DNA from: Escherichia coli 042
Lineage (GTDB): Bacteria > Pseudomonadota > Gammaproteobacteria > Enterobacterales > Enterobacteriaceae
Assembly (NCBI RefSeq): GCF_000027125.1
Contig: NC_017626.1
Strand: one strand, 5' to 3'
DNA: 64,000 nucleotides
Shown: in pieces, positions 51,659-63,800 of the stretch
How positions within the stretch are numbered: the first letter of the stretch is position 1
How the letters are laid out: each line of letters begins with the position of its first letter
Position numbers and translations under genes: made by a program
Notes under the pieces: model-generated
The model's input: only the letters and a program-made list of their open reading frames with translations
Told to the model about the DNA's origin: nothing
Database searches by the model: none

Positions 51659-52813
51659 ATGGATAAAAATTTTATACTAGATATTGCAGTAAGTACTACT
51701 GATCCCCGGAATAATAAAGAGTTTCTTTGGATTAGTTATAGTATGAACAATCTGAGTCCGGCCAAATGTGAAAGAGCATATTGGATGACTCTGGAAAAAA
51801 GATGTCTTTCTTTATTTATGGAAAACGGATATGATCTTCAGACAGGAGCATGGTTCTGTCTTATTTCAGCCAATCTATATAGCTGGGAAGGACTGGCGCT
51901 TTCCTCATGGAAATTTGCAGATTCATTTGTAAAAGAAAAATGCTGGCCTCATGTTACGGCCACTCAGATGCGGACGAATATTCTTATCTGGTATATTAAA
52001 AATGTTATTCCTGCTATGCAAAGTCTGCCTGATGATGAGAAAACCTACTCGTCATTAACCTTGCTGGAGGATGCATTAACATTATTGGCTGATCTCGAAT
52101 ACAATCTTCTTTCTGGCAAATTTTTTATCGTTTCAGATATGCTGGCTGAACTCAAGAGACAAAAGAGTGATGACTCAGAAAGTACTGATGCCGCACATCA
52201 TGATTCAGGATCACATGATGCGAAAGATATTCGGTCTTTTAGCAGTGGTTTACCTACGAATATTGACTCCAATTATACTGCTGGACCAGAACACAATACG
52301 TTAATTAAGAAAGATAAGAAACTGCGCATATATTATAACGTCGTTTCTTTCATATCGGGTGCTCTAATAACCGTTGTAATGAACTATGCTGGCAGGCCGG
52401 AAACAGTACTGAAACTTAGGGGCATCATACCTGATAGCTTTATTACTGAAATGGTTATGAACTATTCTGGATGTTCAGTCTCCCTCCCTAATTCAGCAGA
52501 CTCCTGGTCTAAGCTTGGAAAGAAGATTGATGATTTTACGGAAACACTGAATGTAATTGAAAATGATGGGGGGTATATTACTATATCTAAGTTGAAAACG
52601 ATTGCTTACGATCTGAAAAATACCTTTCTTGAGTATGACATGCCTGTAAATATAAAAATATCAGACTTATATAATAACCAGAATATGAGTAAAGTTGATA
52701 TCAACAGAGAGCTTGAAATGATACAGCATAATATTAACAAGTTCAATTGTGAGATTGGCTATTTAAGGCTGAGAAATGAGGGACTATTAAAGGATAAGGT
52801 TAGAGAAAAGTGA
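51659..52813 (+). CDS. TagA-like ImpA_N-domain protein, AT-rich paralog
   Basis: 384 aa; shares ENG.DLQTG.W, WP and LPDDE blocks with the 20070 protein; internal hydrophobic helix (VVSFISGALITVVM). Confidence 0.55.
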   Translation: MDKNFILDIAVSTTDPRNNKEFLWISYSMNNLSPAKCERAYWMTLEKRCLSLFMENGYDLQTGAWFCLISANLYSWEGLALSSWKFADSFVKEKCWPHVTATQMRTNILIWYIKNVIPAMQSLPDDEKTYSSLTLLEDALTLLADLEYNLLSGKFFIVSDMLAELKRQKSDDSESTDAAHHDSGSHDAKDIRSFSSGLPTNIDSNYTAGPEHNTLIKKDKKLRIYYNVVSFISGALITVVMNYAGRPETVLKLRGIIPDSFITEMVMNYSGCSVSLPNSADSWSKLGKKIDDFTETLNVIENDGGYITISKLKTIAYDLKNTFLEYDMPVNIKISDLYNNQNMSKVDINRELEMIQHNINKFNCEIGYLRLRNEGLLKDKVREK

Positions 52814-53420
52814 GATGTTTCTGTCTATCGGGCTTTTCATAACGAACTCCTCTTATTGAGTCTGAATGTGTTTATCATAGAGGCCGTTTTGTCTTACTCA
52901 GCAATAGTGAGCACATGGCTAAGTGAGTACTCTATCAGTGGTGACTTATATGACAGAGACTGTATCATATAATTATCTCAGATATAATGATATTAATTGT
53001 TTTATGACGATAATTACAGGTAATGATAAGCAGTGATTGTCAGGCTGCTTACTCGATATTACTTGGGGGCGTCGGCCCGCTTGTTGTGGACAGAGGGTAT
53101 TGTTAAATCTTGTTGTTTATGGTATTTTTGTGACTGTGTTTGTTATTACTTTTTATGTCGGCATGCATTATGAAAATTTACTCGTTAACAGGAGCAGTTG
53201 TTATTGATACCGAGTCGGTTTGTTTATTATCTGACTCATCTGAAAAAAACAGATTTATTTACAGTGAGAAAACATAACAATCATTATAACTGTCGTGTGA
53301 GAGGTGTTGTTTGTTCATACAGATTAGTCAAGGCCACGGTTGATGATAGTCCTGATAAGACATTTAATGCGTATTACCTTCCTTATGTGAGAATAAAAAT
53401 TACAATATGTGGTGGACCCA

Positions 53421-53651
53421 TACATCCCATTGAAAAATTTCTCGGTATAGAATATACCAATGCTGAGGAGTTCCCTCTTACATTTCTAAAGGATAATTAT
53501 CATGGGGCCTTAAACTTGGTCCAAAACCGATTGCTAAATCGACAGGAAAACCGGATCAACGCCGACGAGATAATAAAGATACTCCTGGCAACACTCCGGG
53601 ACTAAAACCGAGTAAGTCTACAGGTAAGTAAATAAAAAGGATATAAATAAG
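53421..53651 (+). repeat. ~230 bp dispersed repeat, copy 2 (small ORF frameshifted)
   Basis: Aligns to 26141-26372; an extra base disrupts the 42-codon ORF that is intact in copy 1. Confidence 0.8.
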
Positions 53652-53837
53652 CATTTATACCCTGACTACATATCCAGTCTACTGAAGGTGTTTCTGCAGC
53701 CAGATGCTCGTTCCTTCTATATCATACGCCTTTGCTCCATACCCTTTCGCAAGCAAAGACTCTGGTAAATACTCGTCATATTTATCCAGATGCTTATCAG
53801 GAACAACTGCAGCAAGCTCAAACTCTGATGGTAAACC

Positions 53838-54064
53838 TGACAATAACAGTAAGCGTCAACGGAGCACCGTATTGACGCTTATTTATTGGTGAGTACTACG
53901 TTCCATGGCAGGAGTTCATCAACTCGGTTGGAAGGCCATTCCGGCAGTACGCTCAGGATATGGCGCAGATACGCTTCCGGATCGATACCGTTCAGACGGC
54001 AGGTGCCGATCAGCCCGTACAACAGTGCTCCACGCTCGCCGCCGTGATCGCTGCCAAAGAACAT
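53838..54064 (-). pseudogene. IS66-family tnpC 3' fragment with terminal repeat
   Basis: Minus-strand [36 protein letters not shown] is the IS66 TnpC C-terminus; element end GTAAGCG at ~53838; near-identical copy at 55968-56181. Confidence 0.75.
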
Positions 54065-54127
54065 AAAGATGGTATGACCTTTATATACTCACTATAGCAT
54101 TGGTGGGATATTCCAGAGGAGGTCATT

Positions 54128-55261
54128 ATGCATTCGGAAAATATTGCAGCTTACATCGGGCTGGATGTACATAAAGAAACGTTGGCGGTTGCTATTGCTG
54201 CACCTGAACGGCTTGGCGAAGTTCGTTATTATGGTACGATTAACAACGAAGCCCAGGCTGTACGTCGATTATTTCAGAAATTGCAGGGACTTTACGGAAA
54301 CATTCTTTCCTGCTATGAGGCTGGCCCCTGTGGTTTTGGGCTATATCATCAACTCACAGCGATGAATATAAAATGCCAGGTTATTGCCCCTTCCCGGATA
54401 CCAAAATCACCGACAGACAGAATCAAAAATGATCATCGGGACGCAATTTCTCTTGCCAGGTTACTGCGGGCTGGTGAACTTACCCCTGTCTGGATCCCTG
54501 ACCTGACTCATGAAGCTATGCGGGATCTAATCAGAGCCCGTGCAGCAGCTAAACGAGACAGCAGAGTTGCCCGACAGCGAATTCTGAGCATGCTATTGCG
54601 AACAGACAAACGTTATGCAGGAAAGCACTGGACCGGCAAACATCGAACCTGGTTAGCCAATCAATCATTTAGTCAGCCATCTCAACAGATTGCTTTTCAA
54701 CACTATTGTCAGAGTCTGGAGCAGATTGAAGATCGCATACTTCAACTCGACCAGGAAATATCCCGCCTGTTACCTGAGTGGTCTCTGTGCAATCTGGTCT
54801 GCCAGTTACAGGCCCTTAAAGGTGTTGGTCAGCTAACCGCAATAACCCTGGTTGCTGAACTGGGTGATTTTTCACGATTTTCCAGTCCCAAACAACTCAT
54901 GGCTTTTCTGGGACTGGTTCCAGGGGAATATTCCAGTGGAAACAGCATTCGTCCCAGGGGAATAACAAAAGTTGGAAACAGCGAACTGAGACGTCTGCTT
55001 TACGAAGCCGCCTGGTCTTATCGTACACCTGCAAAAGTTGGTGCATGGCTTATATATTACCGACCGGATTCTGTAACACAATATTCCAAAGATATTGCAT
55101 GGAAAGCTCAACAACGATTGTGTTCTCGTTACCGAAGTCTGACAGCAAAAGGGAAAAAATCACAAGTAGCCATTACGGCGGTGGCTCGTGAGTTGACTGG
55201 ATTTATGTGGGATATTGCACTTGCTGCCCAATCATCATTCAGTCAGCAGAAGCAAAATTAA
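54128..55261 (+). CDS. IS110-family transposase, copy 1
   Basis: 377 aa; N-terminal IGLDVHKETLAVAI is typical of IS110-type transposases; near-identical to 56245-57378; element appears 3'-truncated just after the stop codon. Confidence 0.8.
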   Translation: MHSENIAAYIGLDVHKETLAVAIAAPERLGEVRYYGTINNEAQAVRRLFQKLQGLYGNILSCYEAGPCGFGLYHQLTAMNIKCQVIAPSRIPKSPTDRIKNDHRDAISLARLLRAGELTPVWIPDLTHEAMRDLIRARAAAKRDSRVARQRILSMLLRTDKRYAGKHWTGKHRTWLANQSFSQPSQQIAFQHYCQSLEQIEDRILQLDQEISRLLPEWSLCNLVCQLQALKGVGQLTAITLVAELGDFSRFSSPKQLMAFLGLVPGEYSSGNSIRPRGITKVGNSELRRLLYEAAWSYRTPAKVGAWLIYYRPDSVTQYSKDIAWKAQQRLCSRYRSLTAKGKKSQVAITAVARELTGFMWDIALAAQSSFSQQKQN

Positions 55262-55810
55262 ACCTATCGTGGAGAACAGGGGCGAACTTGTAATAATTTA
55301 CTGAAGAGACAATTTTATGCTGACCGCCCAAATCAAAAGTGGGTAACAGATGTCACAGAGTTTAAGGTCGATGGCAGGAAGCTCTATTTATCACCAATCA
55401 TGGACCTGTATAATGGAGAAATAGTCTCATATAACCTTACTGAGCGCCCATTAGCATCAATGGTAAAGAGCATGCTATTAGATGCGGTAGAACAACTCAA
55501 TAAAGACGATAAGCCCTTGTTGCATAGTGATCAGGGGTGGCAATATCAGATGCCTCGTTGGCAACGTTGGTTGAGTGATAATGGCATAACACAAAGCATG
55601 TCCCGACGTGGTAACTGCTTAGATAATGCAGCAATGGAAAGCTTTTTTAGTACTTTAAAATAAGAATGTTACTACCTAAATAAATACAATAAGTTACATC
55701 ATCTAAAGCAAGATATAATTGATTACATTGAATACTACAATCACCATCGCATTAAAGAGAAACTCGATGGCATGAGTCCGGTTCAATATCGACTTAAACA
55801 TTTTTCATAG
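55262..55810 (+). pseudogene. IS3-family orfB (integrase core) fragment
   Basis: Translation ...KWVTDVTEFK...LYLSPIMDLYNGEIVSYNL...HSDQGWQYQ...GNCLDNAAMESFF..., with an in-frame stop before the final YYNHHRIKEKLDGMSPVQYR block. Confidence 0.7.
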
Positions 55811-55967
55811 GATGTCCAAGATTTGGGGCGCAGATCATTTGAAAAGGTGGGCACCTACGTTACCAATACTGGCTTAATGGCTACATACGGCAGTCGGTTT
55901 ACGCTTACCTCCGTTAACGCTTACCTTTAATCTGCTGAATTTCGAATTGTTCAGGAGTAATAGTCGT

Positions 55968-56181
55968 AAGCGTCAACGGAGCACCGTATTGACGCTTATT
56001 TATTAGTGAGTACTACGTTCCATGGCAGGAGTTCGTCAACTCGGTTGGAAGGCCATTCCGGCAGTACGCTCAGGATATGGCGCAGATACGCTTCCGGATC
56101 GATACCATTCAACCGGCAGGTGCCGATCAGCCCGTACAACAGTGCACCACGCTCGCCGCCGTGATCGCTACCGAAGAACAC
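55968..56181 (-). pseudogene. IS66 tnpC 3' fragment, separated from the gene body by the IS110 insert
   Basis: [36 protein letters not shown], continuing the tnpC body at 57631-59056. Confidence 0.75.
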
Positions 56182-56244
56182 GTAGATGATATGACCTTTA
56201 TATACTCACTATAGCATTGGTGGGATATTCCAGAGGAGGTCATC

Positions 56245-57378
56245 ATGCATTCGGAAAATATTGCGGCTTACGTCGGGCTGGATGTGCATAAAGAAACGTT
56301 GGCGGTTGCTATTGCTGCACCTGAACGGCTTGGCGAAGTTCGTTATTATGGTACGATTAACAACGAAGCCCAGGCTGTACGTCGATTATTTCAGAAATTG
56401 CAGGGACTTTACGGAAACATTCTTTCCTGCTATGAGGCTGGCCCCTGTGGTTTTGGGCTATATCATCAACTCACAGCGATGAATATAAAATGCCAGGTTA
56501 TTGCCCCTTCCCGCATACCAAAATCACCGACAGACAGAATCAAAAATGATCATCGGGACGCAATTTCTCTCGCCAGGTTACTGCGGGCTGGAGAACTTAC
56601 CCCTGTCTGGATCCCTGACCTGACTCATGAAGCTATGCGGGATCTAATCAGAGCCCGTGCAGCAGCTAAACGAGACAGCAGAGTTGCCCGACAGCGAATT
56701 CTGAGCATGCTATTGCGAACAGACAAACATTATGCAGGAAAGCACTGGACAGGAAAACATCGAACCTGGTTAGCTAATCAATCATTTAGTCAGCCATCTC
56801 AACAGATTGCTTTTCAACACTATTGTCAGAGTCTGGAGCAGATTGAAGATCGCATACTTCAACTCGACCAGGAAATATCTCGCCTGTTACCTGAGTGGTC
56901 TCTGTGCAATCTGGTCTGCCAGTTGCAGGCTCTTAAAGGTGTTGGTCAGCTAATTGCAATAACTCTGGTTGCTGAACTGGGTGATTTTTCGCGATTTTCC
57001 AATCCCAAACAGCTCATGGCTTTTCTGGGACTGGTGCCAGGTGAATATTCCAGTGGAAACAGTATTCGTCCCAGAGGAATAACAAAAGTTGGAAACAGCG
57101 AACTGAGACGTCTGCTTTACGAAGCCGCCTGGTCTTATCGTACACCTGCAAAAGTTGGGGCATGGCTTATATATTACCGACCGGACTCTGTAACACAATA
57201 TTCCAAAGATATTGCATGGAAAGCTCAACAACGATTGTGTTCTCGTTACCGAAGTCTGACAGCAAAAGGGAAAAAATCACAAGTAGCCATTACGGCGGTG
57301 GCTCGTGAGTTGACTGGATTTATGTGGGATATTGCACTTGCTGCCCAATCATCATTCAGTCAGCAGAAGCAAAATTAA
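56245..57378 (+). CDS. IS110-family transposase, copy 2
   Basis: 377 aa, differs from copy 1 at a handful of residues; insert flanked by short inverted TATGACCTTT repeats. Confidence 0.85.
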   Translation: MHSENIAAYVGLDVHKETLAVAIAAPERLGEVRYYGTINNEAQAVRRLFQKLQGLYGNILSCYEAGPCGFGLYHQLTAMNIKCQVIAPSRIPKSPTDRIKNDHRDAISLARLLRAGELTPVWIPDLTHEAMRDLIRARAAAKRDSRVARQRILSMLLRTDKHYAGKHWTGKHRTWLANQSFSQPSQQIAFQHYCQSLEQIEDRILQLDQEISRLLPEWSLCNLVCQLQALKGVGQLIAITLVAELGDFSRFSNPKQLMAFLGLVPGEYSSGNSIRPRGITKVGNSELRRLLYEAAWSYRTPAKVGAWLIYYRPDSVTQYSKDIAWKAQQRLCSRYRSLTAKGKKSQVAITAVARELTGFMWDIALAAQSSFSQQKQN

Positions 57379-57630
57379 ACCCTGAAGCAGTCAGACACGG
57401 AATGAGTGATCCTCGTAAAAGAATTCAGGGAAGCCAGAATGCGCTAATACCTGCACGTAGAAAGAGGCCAGCTCACTGCGTAAATCGTCATGGGGCTAAA
57501 ATCCCCGAATAAGAGTTTGTAAAATCCAAGATACAGTCTGACTGTTTCAGGTTCTTTAATCCGCGATATAACGAAGCTCCCGGAGCTGCGTAAGGTCTTT
57601 TTGGGCTTAATATTTGACAAAGGTCATAAG

Positions 57631-59056
57631 AATTTTTCTTTCCGAGACAGACTGCACGAAGCGCTCTTTCCGCTGTGTTATTGTCCGCCTCCGCCAGACC
57701 GTCATCACAGAAGTTGCACAACGCAACCCAGTGCTTCCTGATATACCGGAACGCATCTCTCAGACGGCATTTTTTCGATAACGTGTGTTCTTTCTCCTGC
57801 ATCAGCTTATACAGGGAAGTCAGTAGCGGTTTACTCTGCATTTGCCTGACCGCCAGGCGTTCAGACACCGGCAACCCGCGTATTTCGTGCTCAATGGCGT
57901 ACAGTTCGCCGATTAGTTTCAGTGCTTCTTCCGCCGTCGCGCTTTTGGTACTGATATATACATCGTGGATTTTGCGCCGCGCATGAGCCCAGCATCCTGC
58001 TTCCGTCAACGCGCCGCCTTCACGTTCGGCACTGAACAGCCGATCGTAACCTGCGAACGCATCTGCCTGCAGGATACCCCGGAAGGGACGAAGGTGTTGC
58101 TCCGGATGTTTACCCTGATGGTCCGGTGAGTAGGCGAACCAGACCGCCGGAGGTTCTGGCGAACCGGCATTTCGGTCATCCCGGACATACGTCCAGATAT
58201 ATCCTGTTTTCGCCTTCTTCCTGCCCGGTGCCAGTACTTTTACTGGTGTGTCATCAGTGTGAACCTTGCGGGTGTTCATCACATAACTGTACAGGGCATC
58301 ATTCAGCGGCGTCATTAACTGGCAGCACGCATCAACCCAGTTGGAGAGTAAGGCACGGCTCAGTTCGACACCCTGGCGGGCAAAGATTTCACTCTGACGA
58401 TACAGTGGCAGGTGTTCGCAGTATTTTCCCGTTAACACGCGGGCAAGTAACCCCGGGCCCGCGATACCACGCTCTATCGGACGGGATGGTGCCGGTGCTT
58501 CAACGATGCAGTCACATTTTGTACAGGCTTTTTTTACCCGTTCTGTGCGGATCACTTTCAGGGCGCTGCTCACCAGTTCCAGTTGTTCTGCGCTGACTTC
58601 CCCCAGATAATCCAGCTCACCGCCACACTCCGGGCAACAGCTTTCTTCAGGCTCCAGGCGGTATATTTCACGGGGGAGATGTGCCGGTAACGGACGACGA
58701 TGGCGCGACTGTCGCAACTGGCGGGGAACCAGCGGGTCATCCTCACGCCCACTGTAACGATCGCTTTCCTGCTCGCGTTGTTTCAGCAGGGCTTCAGCCT
58801 GTTCAACCTCACGACGCAGTTTTTCAGAACGGGTTCCGAACAGCATCCGGCGCAGTTTTTCTATCTGAGCCCGCAGATGCTCTATTTCCCGTTCATCTTC
58901 TTCGATCTTTTCTTCGGCACGTGCCAGTGCAGAGCGCAGGAAGGCCTCCGTCTCTTCAACCAGACTCAGTTGCTGGTCTTTCTGACGGAGGGCTTCAGCC
59001 TGCTCAGAGAGCAGCCTTTCCAGCTCAGCGATGCGAATGAGGTATTTCTGACTCAT
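57631..59056 (-). pseudogene. tnpC: IS66 tnpC, main body (disrupted near 3' end)
   Basis: IS66 TnpC-like sequence up to ...AERALRAVCLGKKN, then reads into IS110-derived sequence; the listed ORF end at 57488 is read-through. Confidence 0.8.
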
Positions 59057-59086
59057 GGCCGTTTTTATAATGCGGTCAGGAGTTTT

Positions 59087-59437
59087 TTACAACATTGTCA
59101 GTGCGTTAAGGCGGGATGTTTTTGGCTGACGCCAGTCCAGCTTATCGAGGAGCATTGCCAGTTGCGAGCGGGTAATGGATATCTTACCGTCACGCACCGC
59201 AGGCCAGATAAACTGACCTTCCTCAAGGCGTTTGGTGAACAGGCACAGACCATCAGCATCAGCCCACAGGATTTTAATCGTGTCTCCCCGTCGGCCACGG
59301 AAGATAAACAGGTGACCGGAGAAGGGGTTATCATCCAGCACATGCTGTATCTGCTCCCCCAGACCGTTGAAGGATTTACGCATATCAGTAACGCCGGCAA
59401 CGAGCCAGATACGGGTACCTGATGGGAGTGAAATCAT
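59087..59437 (-). CDS. tnpB: IS66 TnpB
   Basis: 116 aa; position between tnpA and tnpC; 4-bp overlap with tnpA. Confidence 0.8.
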   Translation of the reverse strand: MISLPSGTRIWLVAGVTDMRKSFNGLGEQIQHVLDDNPFSGHLFIFRGRRGDTIKILWADADGLCLFTKRLEEGQFIWPAVRDGKISITRSQLAMLLDKLDWRQPKTSRLNALTML

Positions 59438-59871
59438 CGTCCCCTCCCGGTCAGCTCACGGATCAACACCGTGAGCAGCTCTGGTGAAGGATTTTCCAGC
59501 ATCATTTTACCGTAATGGAATTCCACATGGCAGGAAGCTGCACAAGCAACTGATAATGCCTCCGGAGCAGGAGCATCTGTAGCACAGCGCGGGGTGTCGA
59601 TAAGTTCCACTGGAACCAGAGTCGGAGAGGCCGGAAAAGATTGTGATACTGTAGGGCCTACAATAGTTGGAGGCATTCTACGAGAAATACGTCCTTCTCT
59701 TTGCCAGAGGCGTAGCCATTTAAAAATCAGGTTGTTATCAACGCCATGTTCCCGGGCCAGTTGTGCAACATTGGCATTTGGTTTCGAAGCCAGTTCAACC
59801 ATATGAAGTTTAAATTCATTAGAAAATATCCGGCGGGTTCCGGAGCGCCAGTCTGTAGGTTTATCCATCAA
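59434..59871 (-). CDS. tnpA: IS66 TnpA
   Basis: 145 aa; HTH-like N-terminus; first ORF of the IS66 three-gene set. Confidence 0.75.
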   Translation of the reverse strand: MMDKPTDWRSGTRRIFSNEFKLHMVELASKPNANVAQLAREHGVDNNLIFKWLRLWQREGRISRRMPPTIVGPTVSQSFPASPTLVPVELIDTPRCATDAPAPEALSVACAASCHVEFHYGKMMLENPSPELLTVLIRELTGRGR

Positions 59872-59952
59872 TAGAACTCCGTCTAATTTAGAAGGAGCTC
59901 TAATTTAGTCTGCAAGGAGCAGGTGTTACAGACGGCATTGGCTTTACGCTTA

Positions 59953-60408
59953 CCCATAGAGGCGGATATAAGGGGAATGCCGGCAGAGCAGCGGCTTGCT
60001 GAACGTCAGCGAAAAACGAAACCGCTGTTGAAATCCCTGGAAAGCTGGTTGCGTGAAAAGATGAAGACCCTGTCGCGACACTCAGAGTTGGCGAAGGCGT
60101 TCGCGTACGCACTTAACCAGTGGCCGGCACTGACGTACTATGCGAACGATGGCTGGGTGGAAATCGACAACGACATCGCTGAAAATGCCCTGCGGGCGGT
60201 CAGTCTGGGTCGTAAAAACTTCCTGTTCTTCGGCTCTGACCATGGTGGTGAGCGGGGAGCGCTACTGTACAGCCTGATCGGGACGTGCAAACTGAATGAC
60301 GTGGATCCAGAAAGCTACCTTCGCCATGTGCTTGGCGTCATAGCAGACTGGCCGGTCAACCGGGTCAGCGAACTGCTTCCGTGGCGCATAGCACTGCCAG
60401 CTGAATAA
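59953..60408 (+). pseudogene. 3' fragment of a second IS66 tnpC (5' part missing)
   Basis: + strand ...[52 protein letters not shown]...; begins at the junction with the minus-oriented IS66; CGCTTAC end near 60455. Confidence 0.7.
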
Positions 60409-60455
60409 CACATCCCCGTCAATACGGCCCTCGCTGTACGCTTACCGCTTATCCA

Positions 60456-60689
60456 ACGGACATCCGCAAAGTGATCTATACGACGAATGCCATCGAGTCG
60501 CTAAACAGCGTGATCCGCCATGCGATCAAAAAGCGTAAAGTGTTCCCGACAGACGACTCGGTGAAAAAAGTGGTGTGGCTGGCAATCCAGTCTGCGTCCC
60601 AGAAATGGACGATGCCGTTGAAGGACTGGCGAATGGCAATGAGCCGCTTTATTATCGAGTTCGGTGACCGCCTGGACGGTCACTTCTGA
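60456..60689 (+). pseudogene. IS256-family transposase C-terminal fragment
   Basis: TTNAIESLNSVIRHAIKKRKVFPTDDSVKKVVWLAIQSASQKWTMPLKDWRMAMSRFIIEFGDRL resembles an IS256-type transposase C-terminus; no upstream part. Confidence 0.6.
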
Positions 60690-60839
60690 GAAAGGCATTT
60701 ACACAGAATCTTAAACAGGCTCGCGCCAGTCGGCAAAACTAGTTGACGTCTAATACACTCCCCCTTACCGAAGACCTTCAGTTTTATATTTTAAGAGTCT
60801 CTGAGAAAGGCTGCCTTCCGGCAGCCCTTTACCCCCACA

Positions 60840-63800
60840 TCAGAACATATACCGGAAATTCGCGTTTACCGCATTATCCACGTTATATTTACCAAAGGCT
60901 GACTTCTCAAACTCCAGACCAAAGCGCATATTGTCCTTTATCTGCGCATTCATACCAACATTAAACAGCATCCGGCTGTCCTTCTCTCCTTTTATCCGTT
61001 TCTCCCCGGACGCATCACGCAGTACGGTCTCTCCATTATTCAGCAGGTCAAACTGCCAGCTGGTTCCGGCACGGGCCGTCACACTCCAGTCCTTACCACT
61101 GAAGGTCTTGCCCAGTTCAACCCCTGTTCTTCCAACCAGCGGACTGAAGTCCCTGTTCTTCATGCTCAGGTCCATATCACCGTCTTTCCAGCGGAATGTT
61201 TTCCCGGACACGGCGCCGTAAACCAGTTCAGCCTGCGGCTCAATGAACGTGTCCTCTGTCAGGTGATAGCGGTAACCCGTTTCAGCACCGGCATACCAGG
61301 AATGGGTGTTGTAGTGTTTCGTTCCCAGGCTAGCAAAGTTACCTGTGTAATCATTGTCATGGTGAATATATTTACCAATCAAATCGATATAGGCACCGGA
61401 CTCAAACAATGCTGAAGCATACAGACCGCCCCCCACCGATTTCGTCTTTCCGCTGAATGCATGGCTGTCTGCACTGCTGTCGGTATAGGTCATCGTGACA
61501 CCGGTAAACAGGTCCACACCGTCCAGTTCATGTTTTTTGTCAAAGCCGACCTGAACATGGGTGTAATTATCACTGTAACCACCGTCTGCAGAACCGGCAC
61601 CACTCATGATGCGCGCCCAGGCACCGGCATCACCGTTTGTGTCACGCAGGTCACCCATACGTTTGTTCAGATTGTTAACTTCCGTCATGAAGTTTTTATA
61701 CCCGGCATTCATGAAACTGTCAGCCTTCGCGGCAGCGGCTTTATCAGCCTCCGCTTTAAAACCATCCAGTATCCACTTCGTATTGCCACCACTGGTATCA
61801 ACATGCAGGGTTGGGGTCACCCGACTGAAACCTGTCACCCGGGTGCCGGCCTTAAACATCTCTGCTGAAGTTCCCGCCGGTGCCGTGACCAGAGGAATAT
61901 TCAGGGCCTGTCCCTGAGCAGGATTATTCATAAAGCTGACGTTCAGGCTGTTATCTGAACCAGTGGCTTTTTCAGTCACATTAATTTTATCGGCATTTTT
62001 CAGGTCCGTACGCAAAACAAAATCACTGCCTGTTGCATCCAGTTTATTCACCGTCAGGGTACGGAATGTACGGTCTCCTTCAGAACTAATACGGCTGTTT
62101 CTGACGGTAAGACTGTGGATGGCAGAGTCCCCACCCAGAGTCCACAGTGCATTATGCATACTGACATCAGCCCTGCCACCGGTTATGGCACCATTGAATG
62201 CTGCGTTATAGCCCTCAAGAAGACTGCCGGCAAACGCCGATGCAGCCGTTTCCGCAGAAGCCAGTTCTGCCGGCGTGTCAGACCCGATGGTAACTGTTGA
62301 TGCCGCAGAGGCATGAATATCACCGGAAGCATGTGCTCCACGGGTAATTTCCAGTGCTGCGTTATCGCCGGTCAGGTCATATCCGTCCGTCAGATATACA
62401 GCAGGGGCATACTGATTAGCCGTATCTTTAACCGGTGTACCGCTCAGGGTGATTTTGCCGTTCTTACCGGCCTGAATATGCCCGTCGCTGAAAAGACCGT
62501 TCAGTGCTGTAAGATGACCGCCATCATGCACTGTCAGTGAACTGCCGGCAAAAGCACCCGGGGCTGTCAACAGGACGTCCGGAGAGGTGATGCTGACGGC
62601 ACTGTCATAAGCGTCAATCCCCCCGGTGAACCTGCTGCCGATATCCAGGGCTGAGTTATGGTTCAGCGTAATATTCCCTTCATACTGGCTCCTGTCATTC
62701 ACGGTGTCCGGGACAGAGGTACCTTCCTCCGGAATGACATAATTTCCTGTTCCGTCATTTTTATCCACAAATGCCCTGTCACTTCCCAGTGTGATATGGC
62801 TGTTATCCGACTTAATGTCACTGTTCAGCGAGGCGTTACGTGAAAGATGGAAGTCAGCGTCTTTCAGCGACAGTGTTTTCATTGTAAACTGACGGTTTTC
62901 CCAGTCTTTCTGGTTCAGGCTGACCGGTGCACTGCCACTGATGGAGGCATGGATAACCGGATGTCCCTGGAATATCAGGGTGCCACTGTCCTGACTCAGG
63001 GTACCTTCCGGCAGGTTCACGCTACCATCAAAGATGACCTTTCTTCCCCCCGGCACCTGTGGAATGGCGACATCCATATTCCCGGTCAGCTGACCATGAA
63101 AGATAACGGGTTGTTTTGCCCGCCCGGCCAGGATCCTATCTTTTACTGTCTGAACTGCTTTGTTTTTGTCCATGCCAACAAACTCCCACTGAGCCGGATC
63201 ATTCAGGCTGTTCCCCCACAGAGTGTTACCATAGCTGGCAGATTTCAGAATATAGAAGCGGGTCTGGCTGTTGAGTATCATGCTGTACAGGTTTCCTGGA
63301 GTGCCGGTACCACCAAAGGGGGATATATTTCCAATCGTCGGTTCACTGACATTTGTATCCTGAGCCTTAAGATCCAGTAAAAGCTGGGATTTTTGCTGTG
63401 CATTATTTGTAATCACCGCCCCGTAATCAGCAGCCTGCAGTCGGGTGAAGGTAACGGCATTACCATTAAGGTCAAGCTTACCTCCCCGGTATCCCCATGA
63501 AATGTTATCCGGATTGACCTGACGGGCATCCCCGAGCACCACGGTCGGACGTCCGCTGGCGAGGTTCACTGAACTGAAGGCCTGGATATTACCTGCAGTG
63601 TCTGCCTGCTGGTTAAGTACAACGATACCGTCTCCCGTTTTCAGTCCTCCCGGGTTTACACCTGTTCCGTTTATGGTCAGGGTTCCTTCCCCCAGCTTAT
63701 GCAAGTTGTCACCGGCAACGCCGTTGACCTTCCAGGTTACATTCGTCCCCTTGTCAGTAATAATGCCGGCACCCGTCCATGTTTTTCCGGATTCAGCAGA

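Larger units (their letters stand above)
55968..59952 (-). mobile_element. IS66-family element (tnpA-tnpB-tnpC) interrupted by an IS110-family element
   Basis: Ends GTAAGCG (55968) and CGCTTAC (~59946-59952); three minus-strand ORFs in IS66 order; tnpC split by a ~1.45 kb insert carrying the IS110 transposase. Confidence 0.75.
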
